Part shown: positions 8,851 through 20,418 of the stretch, one piece after another
How the letters are laid out: each line of letters opens with the position of its first letter
How positions within the stretch are numbered: position 1 is the first letter of the stretch
Source of the DNA: Cyanobacteria bacterium J06626_4
Lineage (GTDB): Bacteria > Cyanobacteriota > Cyanobacteriia > Phormidesmidales > Phormidesmidaceae
DNA length: 42,620 nucleotides
Reading direction: 5' to 3'
NCBI GenBank assembly: GCA_038523235.1
Contig: JBCBJQ010000047.1
Span: forward strand, 1 to 42,620
Program-made: the position numbers and the translations under genes
The notes under the pieces: generated by a model
Database searches by the model: none
What the model was told of the DNA's origin: nothing
What the model saw: the letters and a program-made list of their open reading frames with translations, nothing else

Positions 8851-11800
8851 ATGGAGAACACACCCTTGAATCCCCAGCAGCCTATCAACCTCACCGCTAG
8901 CGGCATGACTCAGTGGGGGCCGCGTTCGCTTGTGGAAGAACGCGATGCCTGCGGGGTCGGCTTTGTAGCCGATCAGCAGGGTCGGCCTAGCTTTAAGCTG
9001 GTGCAGCAGGCGCTGGGAGCCCTGGGCTGTATGGAACATCGCGGTGGCTGCTGTGCCGACAAAGAGTCAGGGGATGGGGCAGGCATCATGACGGCGATTC
9101 CCTGGGCTTTGTTGCAAGCCTGGGCCGTCGGCCAAAAGATTGAGACCGCCCTGGAGCCCGAGCGGACTGGGGTAGCGATGGTGTTTTTGCCCCCCCAGGC
9201 CGCGGCGGCCGCGATCGCTCGCGAGTCTTTTACGGCAGCGGCAACGGCAGAAGGCTTTGCCGTCTTGGGCTGGCGAGAGGTGCCAGTTGAGCCCACAGTT
9301 TTAGGGCTACTGGCCAAGCAAAATCAACCTCGGATCGAGCAATTCTTCGTGCACTCCGATCAGGCCAGTGGCGATGAGCTAGAGCGCGAACTCTATCGCC
9401 TGCGCCGCCGCATTCACCGCTCGCTGATGGGCTGGCAGGGTGACGCGGCGATCGCGCAACCGCTTCAGGAAACCTACATCTGCTCCTTTTCTTCGCGCAC
9501 CATCGTTTATAAGGGCATGGTGCGATCGGAAGTGCTCAGTCAGTTTTATCGCGATCTGCAAAATGCGGACTATGTCAGTCCGTTCGCGATCTACCACCGG
9601 CGCTTTAGCACCAACACGATGCCCAAATGGCCGCTGGCGCATCCGATGCGGCTGGTCGGCCACAATGGCGAAATCAATACCCTGGTCGGCAACATCAACT
9701 GGATGAAAGCGCGGGAGGCGGATCTGAGTCACCCCGCCTGGGCTGGCCACATCGAAGAGCTGCTGCCCATTGTCAATATGCACAACAGCGACTCGGCTAA
9801 CCTCGACGGCGTGATGGAGCTGCTGGTGCGATCAGGCCGCAGTCCGTTAGAAGCGCTGATGATTATGGTGCCTGAGGCCTATCGCAACCAGCCCGATTTA
9901 GAACAGCATCCAGAAATTACCGATTTCTATGACTACTACAGCGGCCTCCAAGAGCCGTGGGACGGCCCGGCATTAATCGCTTTTGGCGACGGCAAACAGG
10001 TGGCGGCAGCGCTCGATCGCAATGGCCTGCGTCCAGCCCGCTATATCATTACGTCCGACGGGTTAATCATTGTTTCATCCGAAGCGGGTGTGGTCGACGT
10101 ACCCATTGAAACCATTGTCGAAAAAGGACGGCTGGGGCCAGGTCAGGTGATTGCCGTTGATTTTCAGACCCACGAAATTCTCAAAAATTGGGATATCAAA
10201 CAGCGGGTCGCTGCCCAGCAGCCCTATGGTGACTGGCTGGCCCAGCATCGGGCCGTGGTAACGCCCCAGCTATTTAGCCCTGAGCGTCAGCTCGCGGCAA
10301 CGACGTTGATGCAGCAGCAAGCTGCCTTTGGCTACACCGCCGAAGATGTCGAGATGATCATTCAAGACATGGCGGCTCAGGCCAAAGAGCCCACCTACTG
10401 TATGGGCGATGACATTCCCCTCGCGGTGCTCTCCACTAAAGCCCATCTGCTCTATGACTATTTCAAGCAGCGCTTTGCCCAGGTGACCAATCCCCCCATC
10501 GATCCGCTGCGCGAGCGGTTGGTGATGTCTCTCGAAACGCTGTTGGGTCAGCGGGGCAACCTGCTCGAAGAGCACGCCGACTATGCTCGTTTGTTGAAGC
10601 TAGACTCACCGGTGCTCAACGAAGCCGAACTCGCTGCCGTGCGCCAGTCATCCTTTCAAACCGCTACGTTATCAACGTTGTACGGTCTGACGGATGGCCC
10701 AACGGGGCTGCAGCAGGCCATTCAAGCGCTGTGCGATCGCGCCACCGAAGCGGTCAAGGCGGGCAGTGAGATTCTGATTTTGAGCGATCGCCCGGCGGCG
10801 ACTGGTGAATCCGTGGGGCTGACGCCAGAAACCACCTATATTCCCCCCTTGGTGGCCACGGGTGCGGTGCACCACCACCTGATTCGCCAGGGATTGCGCA
10901 TGCGGACTTCGCTGGTGGTTGACACCGCCCAGTGCTGGAGCACCCATCACTTTGCTTGCCTCATTGGCTACGGCGCGAGTGCCATTTGCCCCTATCTGGC
11001 ACTGGAGTCGGTGCGTCACTGGTGGCATGATGCCCGCACCCAAAAGCTGATGGAAACTCAAAAGCTGCCGACGGTCACCCTGAACGGGGCGCAGGGCAAC
11101 TATCGCCAAGCGGTCGAAAACGGCCTGCTAAAGATTCTCTCCAAAATGGGCATCTCCCTCATCACCAGCTATCAGGGCGCCCAAATCTTTGAAGCCGTGG
11201 GCATCGGCCCCGATCTGCTGGACATCGCGTTTCGCGGCACCACGTCCCGGCTGGGCGGTCTCTCGTTGGCCGATTTGGCGCAGGAAACAATTCGGTTCCA
11301 CCAGCGGGCTTTCCCCGAGCTGAACCGGAAGCGGTTAGAAAACATGGGGTTTGTCAAAGCCATGCCCAAGGGCGAATACCACATGAATACGCCCGCCCTG
11401 ACGAAGGCCCTGCATAAGGCGCTGGAAAGTCAGCAGTACGACCACTATGAAGTCTATAAGTCGCACCTGCAGGGCCGTACGCCCACCGCGCTGCGCGATC
11501 TGCTCGACTTGACGGCCGAGCGCACCCCAATTCCCCTAGAGGAGGTCGAATCGGCTGCCGACATCATGACGCGGTTTTGCACTGGCGGCATGTCGCTGGG
11601 AGCGCTATCACAAGAAGCCCACGAGGTGTTGGCGATCGCCATGAACCGCATCGGCGGTAAGTCAAACTCCGGGGAAGGCGGCGAAGATCCCCAGCGTTTT
11701 AAGGTGTTCGAAAACATTGACGAGCAGGGCAAATCGGCACTGTATCCCAACCTGCAGGGACTGCGGAACGGGGATACCGCCAGCTCGGCGATCAAACAGG

Positions 11801-13527
11801 TCGCGTCGGGACGCTTTGGCGTGACGCCGGAGTATCTGATGCATGCCCAGCAAATCGAAATCAAAATGGCTCAGGGCGCGAAGCCCGGCGAGGGCGGTCA
11901 GCTACCGGGCAAAAAGGTGAGCCCCTACATTGCCATGCTGCGGCGCTCGAAGCCGGGGGTCTCGCTAATTTCGCCGCCGCCCCACCACGACATCTATTCT
12001 ATCGAAGATTTGGCGCAGCTCATTTTTGACCTGCATCAGATCAACCCCAAAGCGGGCGTTTCGGTCAAGCTGGTGGCGGAAATTGGCATCGGCACGATCG
12101 CGGCGGGCGTGGCCAAGGCAAACGCCGACGTGATTCAAATTTCGGGTCACGATGGCGGCACCGGCGCGTCGCCCCTCAGCTCCATCAAACATGCCGGCCT
12201 GCCCTGGGAGCTGGGCTTGACCGAAGTGCACCGCGTGCTGATGGCGAATCAGCTGCGCGATCGCGTACTGCTGCGGGTCGATGGCGGCCTCAAGACCGGT
12301 TGGGACGTGGTCATGGGAGCGCTGATGGGGGCGGAGGAATATGGCTTTGGCTCCATCGCGATGATTGCCGAAGGCTGCATCATGGCGCGGGTCTGTCACA
12401 CCAATAACTGCCCCGTCGGCGTTGCCACCCAAAAAGCCGAGCTGCGCAAGCGCTTTACCGGCTTGCCCGAGCATGTGGTCAACTTCTTCTACTTTGTGGC
12501 CGAAGAGGTGCGATCGCTGCTGGCTCGACTAGGGTTCCGGTCACTACAAGAGATTGTAGGCCGCACTGATTTGCTGCAGCCCCGCGCCGATGTCGAGCTG
12601 GCTAAAACCGATGCACTGACGCTGACGGCGCTGCTGGGCTTACCCGATGTCAGTGCAGATCGCAGCTGGCTTGATCACGGCGGCATCCACAGCAACGGCC
12701 CAGTGCTGGATGACAAGATTTTGGCGGATGCGGCGGTGCAGGCGGCGATCGCTGAGCACGGTCAGGTCAGCCAGACCTACGACGTGGTGAATACCGACCG
12801 CACTGTCGGGGCTCGTATCTCGGGGGCGATCGCTCAGCAATATGGCAACAGTGGCTTTCAGGGACACCTCGACCTCACCTTCACCGGCAGCGTGGGCCAA
12901 AGCTTTGGGGCTTTTAACCTGCCGGGCATGACGCTGACCCTGGTGGGCGAAGCCAACGACTATGTTGGCAAAGGTATGCACGGCGGCGAAATCGTTCTCA
13001 AGCCGTTCCCCGGCATCACCTACGACCCATCGCAAAACGTCATTTTGGGCAACACCTGCCTGTATGGCGCCACCGGCGGCACGCTCTATGCTCAAGGCAT
13101 TGCGGGCGAGCGGTTTGCAGTCCGCAACTCGAAAGGTCAAGCGGTGATTGAAGGGGCCGGTGACCACTGTTGCGAATATATGACCGGTGGCGTCGTCGTC
13201 GTGCTCGGGCACGTCGGTCGCAACGTCGGCGCAGGCATGACCGGCGGCTTAGCCTACTTCCTCGATGAGGCGGGCAACTTTCCCACGCGGGTCAACCCTG
13301 AAATCGTCAACGTGCAGCGAGTGATTACTGAGGCGGGGGCGCAACAGCTCAAGTCGATGATCGCAGCCCACGTCGAGCACACGGGTAGTGGCAAAGCCGC
13401 CAAGATTCTTGCCGATTGGGAGACTTATTTGCCCCAGTTTTGGCAGGTGGTGCCGCCTTCAGAGGCCGACACGCCGCTGACGAGCACCGCCGCCCAAAGT
13501 GCTGACAAGGTACTCAGCTCAGTCTAA
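8851..13527 (+). CDS. glsF: ferredoxin-dependent glutamate synthase (Fd-GOGAT)
   Basis: ERDACGVGF GATase N-terminus, [53 protein letters not shown] 3Fe-4S motif, GXGXG C-terminal domain; no adjacent gltD. Confidence 0.96.
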   Translation: MENTPLNPQQPINLTASGMTQWGPRSLVEERDACGVGFVADQQGRPSFKLVQQALGALGCMEHRGGCCADKESGDGAGIMTAIPWALLQAWAVGQKIETALEPERTGVAMVFLPPQAAAAAIARESFTAAATAEGFAVLGWREVPVEPTVLGLLAKQNQPRIEQFFVHSDQASGDELERELYRLRRRIHRSLMGWQGDAAIAQPLQETYICSFSSRTIVYKGMVRSEVLSQFYRDLQNADYVSPFAIYHRRFSTNTMPKWPLAHPMRLVGHNGEINTLVGNINWMKAREADLSHPAWAGHIEELLPIVNMHNSDSANLDGVMELLVRSGRSPLEALMIMVPEAYRNQPDLEQHPEITDFYDYYSGLQEPWDGPALIAFGDGKQVAAALDRNGLRPARYIITSDGLIIVSSEAGVVDVPIETIVEKGRLGPGQVIAVDFQTHEILKNWDIKQRVAAQQPYGDWLAQHRAVVTPQLFSPERQLAATTLMQQQAAFGYTAEDVEMIIQDMAAQAKEPTYCMGDDIPLAVLSTKAHLLYDYFKQRFAQVTNPPIDPLRERLVMSLETLLGQRGNLLEEHADYARLLKLDSPVLNEAELAAVRQSSFQTATLSTLYGLTDGPTGLQQAIQALCDRATEAVKAGSEILILSDRPAATGESVGLTPETTYIPPLVATGAVHHHLIRQGLRMRTSLVVDTAQCWSTHHFACLIGYGASAICPYLALESVRHWWHDARTQKLMETQKLPTVTLNGAQGNYRQAVENGLLKILSKMGISLITSYQGAQIFEAVGIGPDLLDIAFRGTTSRLGGLSLADLAQETIRFHQRAFPELNRKRLENMGFVKAMPKGEYHMNTPALTKALHKALESQQYDHYEVYKSHLQGRTPTALRDLLDLTAERTPIPLEEVESAADIMTRFCTGGMSLGALSQEAHEVLAIAMNRIGGKSNSGEGGEDPQRFKVFENIDEQGKSALYPNLQGLRNGDTASSAIKQVASGRFGVTPEYLMHAQQIEIKMAQGAKPGEGGQLPGKKVSPYIAMLRRSKPGVSLISPPPHHDIYSIEDLAQLIFDLHQINPKAGVSVKLVAEIGIGTIAAGVAKANADVIQISGHDGGTGASPLSSIKHAGLPWELGLTEVHRVLMANQLRDRVLLRVDGGLKTGWDVVMGALMGAEEYGFGSIAMIAEGCIMARVCHTNNCPVGVATQKAELRKRFTGLPEHVVNFFYFVAEEVRSLLARLGFRSLQEIVGRTDLLQPRADVELAKTDALTLTALLGLPDVSADRSWLDHGGIHSNGPVLDDKILADAAVQAAIAEHGQVSQTYDVVNTDRTVGARISGAIAQQYGNSGFQGHLDLTFTGSVGQSFGAFNLPGMTLTLVGEANDYVGKGMHGGEIVLKPFPGITYDPSQNVILGNTCLYGATGGTLYAQGIAGERFAVRNSKGQAVIEGAGDHCCEYMTGGVVVVLGHVGRNVGAGMTGGLAYFLDEAGNFPTRVNPEIVNVQRVITEAGAQQLKSMIAAHVEHTGSGKAAKILADWETYLPQFWQVVPPSEADTPLTSTAAQSADKVLSSV

Positions 13528-13712
13528 TCAATGCCTGAATTCTTCTGTATCCGATCGCCTTAGTGAAGTTCCTCTGAGAGCAGTGACTGAAGAATGCCAT
13601 ACCGCTCGTCCTGATAGCATCGTGCCATCAAGTGGACGGTAAAGACGGGCTTTAGATGATGATCTATGAGATCTGTTTAAGCAGCTGCTTCGGCTTTAAG
13701 GCTGTCTGTGGT

Positions 13713-16481
13713 CTAAGCCATTTCTTTGACCTTACGAGACCGCAGGAGCTGCACAAAGTCATCGCTGACGGTGTGGTCGCGGGTGTCGGCGGCGTAGTTG
13801 ATCAGCTCTTCGCGCAATGCCAGGGCATCTTTGATGGGCATCAGCTTTGCCAGCAGAAAATAGACGCCGCGAAAGCGCGGGTCACTCATGTGCTGTTGAG
13901 GGCGATCGTTCTCTTTACCTAAAAAGGTTTGCACGATGAAGAACTCCATCACCTTGTCATGGCGGAAGTTCCATTCTTTGGTAGGGTTGCCTTCGTTGTC
14001 GATGCCCTGACGACGGGTCACCATCTTATGGCGCTCCATACATTGCAGTTCCTCAAAGAACTCCGCTTCGGGAATGGCGGTTTGATCATGCAGGCGCATA
14101 TCGTAGACCTGCTGAGCAAAGGCAGGCAGGGGAAACTCACGCAGATGTAGCCGCTCATAGTCAGCCGCCATCAGCTTGTATTGCTGTTGCTGCAACTGAA
14201 ACAAATCGGGCGGCTCCTTATGGGCAATCATCTGCGCTACGAGGCTGAGATCCATCGGGTTAGAGAGGATGCGCCGCGCTGCCGTCAGCTCTTCAGCAGG
14301 TTGATCAGGACTCAGGGCCGCTTCGAGAGCATCTTGACAAGCCGCGATATAGGCTTCCCCTAGAATGGGGGCATCTTCGGGTAGTGTCGGCTCGCGCGAG
14401 ACGAGAAAAGCTTCAACTTTGTCCCGCTTGAGGGAGTTGAGTGTGTAGGTGGTGGCAGTGGCCGGAGGACGCCATTCTAAGGGCTGGGTGGTCATGATGA
14501 TGTTGCCCTTAAAGTAGCGCTCGACAAACTCGGTGATTTTGGCGCGGGTGTCGGCGGTGACTTCGTTGAGACCGTCGATGCAGATATCAATGGCCCCGCT
14601 GTAGATCAAGTCCCGCAGAAAGTTCGGATCTTTGGCGAGCCCGTGCAGCTTCACCTGAATCGCTTCACTGACCCCGTCAGCACAGCGATCGGCGGGCAAG
14701 AACACCATGGTGCGAGGGGGCTGCACCAGATCTTGCAAAAGCTGAAGGCGACTGCGCCCCGCTTGCTGTTGCAAGGTCATTTGAATCAAGTGGCGCAGAA
14801 ACATTGTCTTGCCCAGACCAGACTCGCCCTCTAAAATGACTTGGCCCTTAATCGCTGGAATCGTCGCCTGGAGAAGCTTTTGTTCCCCTGTAGCCTTTTT
14901 TTGCACGGTGGAGTCGGGGAAGTAGGCGGCGGGGGTAAACCCAGCCAACCCAGCATTGGCCAGCAAAGAGTCTTGGAAGGGGGCAAACAGCCGCGCCCGC
15001 AAAAAGGGCACCCAGGTAAGGGCAAAGCCCACATAGCCCGCCCCAAAGATCCGCCGCATCCAGGGATTCCAGAAAAAGATGGCCTGAACTTGGGGTGAAA
15101 TGGGGTAGATGAATACCAGAGCCAGCCAAAAGAGGACATGGGCAATCCAGACATTACGAACAATCCAAATGCCGCGCCACCACTCTAAGGTGGCAATTTC
15201 GCTAGCAACCGCTGCGGCCTGAGTTGACCCCATCGCTCGCAGATTTTGATAGTGCTGCCGCAGCAAAGGCAAATCGCCCGGATTCCAGGTTGTGGCGTCA
15301 ACAATGTTGGCAATCTGGCGGGGCCATTCGTCGTCGAGTTTGGTGAGGCCAGTCAGGTCTTGTGGCCAAGCCTCGGCAAAGACCCGCAGAATATCTTGCG
15401 CCTCTCGATGGGATAAATCGGTGGCATCGGGCAGGTAGTCTTCATCACGCACCCCCAGCCAGCGAATTAAGGTCAGCGCATCTGCATCACCATCACTGAG
15501 GTAATAAGCTGTAAACCGAAAAAAATCCGCTCGGAAATTGTTGAGACTAACGGCATTGAGCAGGTGCATCAGAACGTTATGCTTCGGAGGCCCCAGAGTA
15601 GACGGCTCCAGCTGGCTTAACGCCCTAGCTGCCACTACCGACAGCTCTTCAGAACCGAGACCTTGACTCCATTGATCGGCTAGCAGCTGTTTAAATTTGG
15701 GGACCTCATCGGCAACCGCCTGATCCATCTGGCTCAGGGCGAAAGCAGCTTCATATCGTAGGGAATCTGGTTCGTCGGCATTCATCATCAGCGCCCCCAG
15801 ATTAGGAGCTTGCGCGGCCGCCGCCTCGCCTATCGCGCCTTAGGCGCGATAGGCCGCAGTCCGGACATCGCGATCGGTTTCGGGGTCGGCTAACAACGCC
15901 ATCAGCTGGGGAGCTTGCGCGGCCGCCGCCTCGCCTATCGCGCCTAAGGCGCGAGCGGCCTCAACCCGGACATTGAAATTGGTTTTGGGGTCGGCTAACA
16001 ACGCCATCAGCTGGGGAACTTGCGCGGCCGCCGCCTTGCCCATCGCGCCTAAGGCGCTAGCGGCCGCAGTCCGGACATTGAAATTGGTTTTGGGGTCGGC
16101 TAACAACGCCATCAGCTGGGGAGCGTGCGCGGCCGCCGCCTCGCCCATCGCGCCTAAGGTGCGAGCGGCCGCGGCCCGAGTTGCTGGCCGATAACCGTTA
16201 GCATCTAAAATTTCAGTCATCTGCTGATAAACGTTTTTAGGAATCTCAGTGTCATCTGTGAGCGTTTCTAAATTGAATTCCGCCAATTTATCTAGTGCTT
16301 CTCCCCATACCAATGGGTCTGGATCAGTCATGGCGGCCATAATGCCGCGATGCTGCCAGAGTTCAAGCTGGGGTTGCTCGTCTTCTTTCTGAGCTACACT
16401 GCTGCTACCGCCTAGCCACAGCATTATCACCACTGTCAGCAATCCTAATAGCAGCCACCCCCACCCACTCCATCGCCGCAT
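13713..16481 (-). pseudogene. signal peptide-HEAT repeat-transmembrane-NACHT-like NTPase gene interrupted by one in-frame TAA at 15840-15842
   Basis: ORFs 15840-16481 and 13713-15788 share a frame, and the 17 codons between them continue the HEAT repeat (GAIGEAAAAQAPNLGAL). Walker A GESGLGKT, Walker B ICIDGLNE. Confidence 0.85.
15806..16170 (-). repeat. tandem 105-bp (35-aa) HEAT/PBS-lyase-like coding repeats, ~3.5 units
   Basis: Near-identical units anchored at 15881, 15986 and 16091 (GGGGTCGGCTAACAACGCCATCAGCTGGGGA). Confidence 0.92.
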
Positions 16482-16659
16482 GCCAGTTCCTTGTCAATGC
16501 TCAGGCCTATCCTATGGGATGTTCTACAGTCCCGGTCTAATTTATTACAAAGACTTTGGCAACTTAGTGGGCTATGGGGCTAGGTAGCTATACTCGTTCC
16601 CTTCAAAGCGCTACTGATGTTTGAGGGAAAGGGTGAAATAGGTGATGGCTATCGTTCGC

Positions 16660-16722
16660 GTAGGTTGGGTGAAACTCATCACCAGAGGGAATCTCGTTGG
16701 TTACGCTAGCGCTTACCCAACC
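16660..16722. repeat. GTAG-type REP-like inverted repeat remnant
   Basis: GTAGGTTGGGTGAA ... GTTGGTTACGCTAGCGCTTACCCAACC; the ends pair as GGTTGGGT/ACCCAACC. Confidence 0.5.
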
Positions 16723-16818
16723 GATAAAAGCAAGTCTGACAAACCATTAGGGCTGTAAACAGGTCGCAGTCAAATCTTCGGCCTCTCAGGCGGAACTTCA
16801 CCGGCAATACCTGCCTTC

Positions 16819-17196
16819 TCAAGACTTGAGGACGTCATCCAAGAGCGCTCTGGCAGGCTGGGCTCTTTCTAACACCTGTTGATAGTCGCCATACAGCTTC
16901 ACTAGCTTCGAGAGGCCACTGACGCCGCCCTTAACCTGCTCTAGCTCATCGCCTGAGAGCAATTCACCATCCAGCAATCGCAGCAGCAGCGACTTAATAT
17001 CTCCTACGTCTTCGCGAGCCTTTTGCAGCTTTTCCACGGTGCTCAGCAACGTCTTAAGTTCTTTAAACAGGTCATCAACGCGATCGGGCGTTATTTCGCT
17101 GACTTCCACCGTTTCTGCGGCCTCTGCGCCTGCAGGGATAGACGCCGCTGGCGGTTCTGACACGGCATGGACAGAGCTGGCAGTTGGGCTGGCCAT
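16819..17196 (-). CDS. hypothetical helical/coiled-coil protein
   Basis: 125-aa ORF with AGGAGA RBS and an amphipathic helical pattern. Confidence 0.75.
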   Translation of the reverse strand: MASPTASSVHAVSEPPAASIPAGAEAAETVEVSEITPDRVDDLFKELKTLLSTVEKLQKAREDVGDIKSLLLRLLDGELLSGDELEQVKGGVSGLSKLVKLYGDYQQVLERAQPARALLDDVLKS

Positions 17197-17590
17197 CGAT
17201 ATCTCCTAAAAACAATAATAAAGACAACACAATTGAACTTTACTGTAGTCGCCTCAAAAGTTCAATTGTACTAATTTGCCGAAAATTTCAAAGAGTCCGT
17301 CATCAAAATGAGAATACACTGCCCAATCCCCAATTCTGAGTCATCGGGTTCTCGATGCCAGCTTGTCAATGCGGCGATCGCCGTCATAAAAGCCCAACCT
17401 GCAGCGCTAAAAAGTGGCAGACCTGCAGCAAATCGAAACAGAAGACACAAGGCGATCGCTGCTTTCGCCTTAGACTATGGCCATTAATGATGCAGTTCAC
17501 TCTAAGATTCCGGCGGATCCCGCCGATTTCAGTCGTTTGGGCTGACTCATTTCCATCGCCCCGTTTCCCATTCGCAAAAGGACTTTCAAG

Positions 17591-18019
17591 ATGGCCTTGT
17601 TTAGCAGCAACCAGGTTTTGGTGCCAATCGATTTTTCTAAGGAATCTAATCAAGCGCTTGTCGATACGCTAGCGTTTGTCGAAGATCCGACCAAGCTCCA
17701 CGCGCTTCACGTGCTGAGCCCTTTAGAACCCACTGAACCCGGTATTGTTTGGAACACTGTTGATACCCCAACGCGGGTTGAAAAAGTGGAAGCCGCGTTT
17801 CTAGAGGCGTTTTCTGACGATGTCTATCGGCAAGTCAAATTCACCGTCACCACAGGCAACCCCAGCTCTGGAATTATTGACTATGCCGAGCAGAACGCGA
17901 TCGACTTGATCGTGATTCCATCCAGCGGTCGGACTGGCATATCCCGATTTTTCTTGGGCTCTGTCGCCGAAAGAGTGGTGCGGTTTGCGAAATGCCCGGT
18001 ATTAGTCGTGCGTGGATAA
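17591..18019 (+). CDS. universal stress protein (UspA family)
   Basis: VLVPIDFS, DLIVIPSSGRTGISRFFLGSVAERVVRFAKCPVLVV. Confidence 0.93.
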   Translation: MALFSSNQVLVPIDFSKESNQALVDTLAFVEDPTKLHALHVLSPLEPTEPGIVWNTVDTPTRVEKVEAAFLEAFSDDVYRQVKFTVTTGNPSSGIIDYAEQNAIDLIVIPSSGRTGISRFFLGSVAERVVRFAKCPVLVVRG

Positions 18020-18534
18020 ACTAGCCACCTGACGGTTTCTTCGCCGCCACGTATGGGTTTTTTGGATAGTTGCTATCGACGGAGGCTTTTGTCGCTCTCA
18101 TTGGGGATTCCTAAGATCAAGACATCGAAAAAATAATTGTTTTGATCTAGGAGAGACCTGATGTTTTGGTTATCCACAGCGAATGTATCTCCTGAGCTAG
18201 CGCCTCTGGCCGCTCACACTCGCCCCTGGGCAGTCTTGGTGAAAATGTGGCGTTTTTGCAACTTTTATGGCGAATATCGGGCAACACCCCCGAGTTTGCG
18301 GCGCCAGTTTGTGATTGAGCTAGAGCATCGTCAGCAAGAAGTTGGGAGCACCGCCCCGACTTGCTGCCAAGATTAGTGCCCTGACACGGGCGATTGCCCG
18401 CTTGTCATCAGCTGCCATCAGCTAGTTTTGGGTGTTTGTCTGCAGGTAGCAGCATCAGAGGGCATAACCACAGGCTTGTAGCTTGCTGATAGAGACCATG
18501 GTGAACGTTGGAACTGACGTTTCCATAACAGCCT

Positions 18535-19428
18535 CTACCAGGCAGGAGCAGGCGGGCGATCGCCCTCAACATCTGGCATCTCTAGGTCTGACTTGGCGGC
18601 AGACGCCTGAGCGGCAGTCGAGACCGGTAGCGGCTTACGCGCCGTACTCAGCTGATTGAGCCAAAACACATCCTGGGTACGCACTGCTTCAAATCTGGCG
18701 TAGCCCAGCCAGGCATCCAGATTGCCCTGACCATAGGCTCGAATGAAGGGCTCCTCAAAAATGGTGTTGAGCCAATCGACTGATCGCAGTGTGTGTTGAT
18801 TGCCGTCCAATACTAATAGCTGTCCACCGGGACTCAAGATCCGCCAGCTCTCTTGCAAAATTGTTTTCGCGACGACGGGCGGCGTTTCGTGAAACAGCAG
18901 CGTGGCACAGACCACGTCAAAAGACTCTGCTGGCAATCCCGTTGCCATCGCGTTGCCATGACGGAATGTAAGGTCAAGTGACTCGGCCCGCGCCTTATGA
19001 TCAGCCACGACGAGCATCTGCGGTGACAAATCTAGCCCCACCACCTCAGCCTGCGGAAACTGGCGCTTGAGCAGGCGTGTCGTCGTGCCCGTGCCGCAGC
19101 CCAAATCTAAAATGCGTCGGGGTTGGCCCTGAATGGCCTTAACTAAGCTTTCGCGCACCCAGGTTTCGCCCGGTGGCAACACATACTGGGTGATCGGGTC
19201 GTAGGTAATGGCGGCATCAATATTGAGATAGCCGTTTTGAATGCCGTGAAAATTGCTGTGCTGGTAGTAGTCGGGGTAGGTCACCTGGGGATTGGCAATC
19301 GCGGCGATCGCCGCCTCCCAATCGATGCTGTTGCGAAATTCGAGGAGCGCTTCCCGATCAATTAGCTGCCCAAAGAGAGGCGCTAAAAACTGCTCAAATA
19401 GGGTTTTGGACTGAGTTTCCATCGGCAT
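18535..19428 (-). CDS. class I SAM-dependent methyltransferase
   Basis: RILDLGCGTG, VVGLDLSPQML, SFDVV...LFHETP, LSPGG. Confidence 0.92.
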   Translation of the reverse strand: MPMETQSKTLFEQFLAPLFGQLIDREALLEFRNSIDWEAAIAAIANPQVTYPDYYQHSNFHGIQNGYLNIDAAITYDPITQYVLPPGETWVRESLVKAIQGQPRRILDLGCGTGTTTRLLKRQFPQAEVVGLDLSPQMLVVADHKARAESLDLTFRHGNAMATGLPAESFDVVCATLLFHETPPVVAKTILQESWRILSPGGQLLVLDGNQHTLRSVDWLNTIFEEPFIRAYGQGNLDAWLGYARFEAVRTQDVFWLNQLSTARKPLPVSTAAQASAAKSDLEMPDVEGDRPPAPAW

Positions 19429-19851
19429 GCTAGTTGGGTACTGGGGGGGATGCGACTTCACTCCTAATCTAACCGTTGGGGAAAAAGATAACTGAAGAGA
19501 TCGGGCAATCTCATCCCTCTGGGTGAGGAGTCAAGCAAGCAAACCATCAATCCCTGGCAGAACCATTTCAGACAGTTAAGTAGATGGACAGAATTAATCA
19601 GTTTCCGAAAACGGCATCTCAAGGCTTCCAGAAGCTCAGGGCTACGTTTAATTACGTCCATGTACTTAGTTTTTCTTGATGGATAGGGGAGTTCGGCAAA
19701 AATCAGCGGAAATCACGGTTGGCTGATCGCTGTGTTGATTAGCACACTTTACTCAAGAGCACATGCTGATCTTTTGAAGAAAACCCTGACAAAGGTGAAT
19801 TTTTCATGAAGTGGTAAGCGTTTGTTCAGATGGAATTGGAGCGCAATCCAG

Positions 19852-20418
19852 ATGCTTCGACAATTAATCGCTGGCACATTGCTGACGACCGCGGCCCTGC
19901 TGCTCTCCGCCGAAGGTGGCACCGCCGGGAGCTTGCAGCTCGGAGAATCGATTTTGATCCGGTCTGACAACGGTTCGCGACCGATTAAAGATGACGTCCC
20001 CCGAGGCGATGCGGCAGACTCCTTTTTGCTCAGTCCCGGCGAGTCCTTTACCGTGGGGAGTGGCAGCGCTTTTTTCTCGTTCGCCGACTTTCCTGAAGGG
20101 CGTGAGCAAGTTGAATTCTTGCTAGAGGTCAATCCGGGCGATAGCTTTCTAAGTTTGAATCTGCCGGGCGGCTTTAACCTCACCACTGACCAAAAGGAAA
20201 CCGTCGTCGTTTCCGTTAGCGAGGGCGACGCTCTGAGTATTGCTTATGGCTACGACGCTGAAACTGATACTTTTGCGTTTACCCGATTCACTTTGGCAGC
20301 CGTTAACGAAGGGCGCATTCCCAGATTTATTGAGTCAGAAACCGCTATCCCAGAGCCCTCAATGCTGATCGCGACCGGCGTCATCACGTTGGCTTTCCTG
20401 GCCAAGAAACTAGACTAA
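19852..20418 (+). CDS. PEP-CTERM sorting-signal exported protein
   Basis: Signal peptide (MLRQLIAGTLLTTAALLL) and C-terminal IPEPS, hydrophobic stretch, KK. Confidence 0.8.
   Translation: MLRQLIAGTLLTTAALLLSAEGGTAGSLQLGESILIRSDNGSRPIKDDVPRGDAADSFLLSPGESFTVGSGSAFFSFADFPEGREQVEFLLEVNPGDSFLSLNLPGGFNLTTDQKETVVVSVSEGDALSIAYGYDAETDTFAFTRFTLAAVNEGRIPRFIESETAIPEPSMLIATGVITLAFLAKKLD

Noticed and set aside
8973..13212. Many antisense and alternative-frame ORFs inside glsF (and likewise in other long genes)
   Set aside because: Shadow ORFs expected from GC-rich codon bias; no motifs.
15806..16170. Regular near-identical repeats as a CRISPR array
   Set aside because: The 105-bp period is in frame, encodes HEAT repeats and has no unique spacers; no cas genes.
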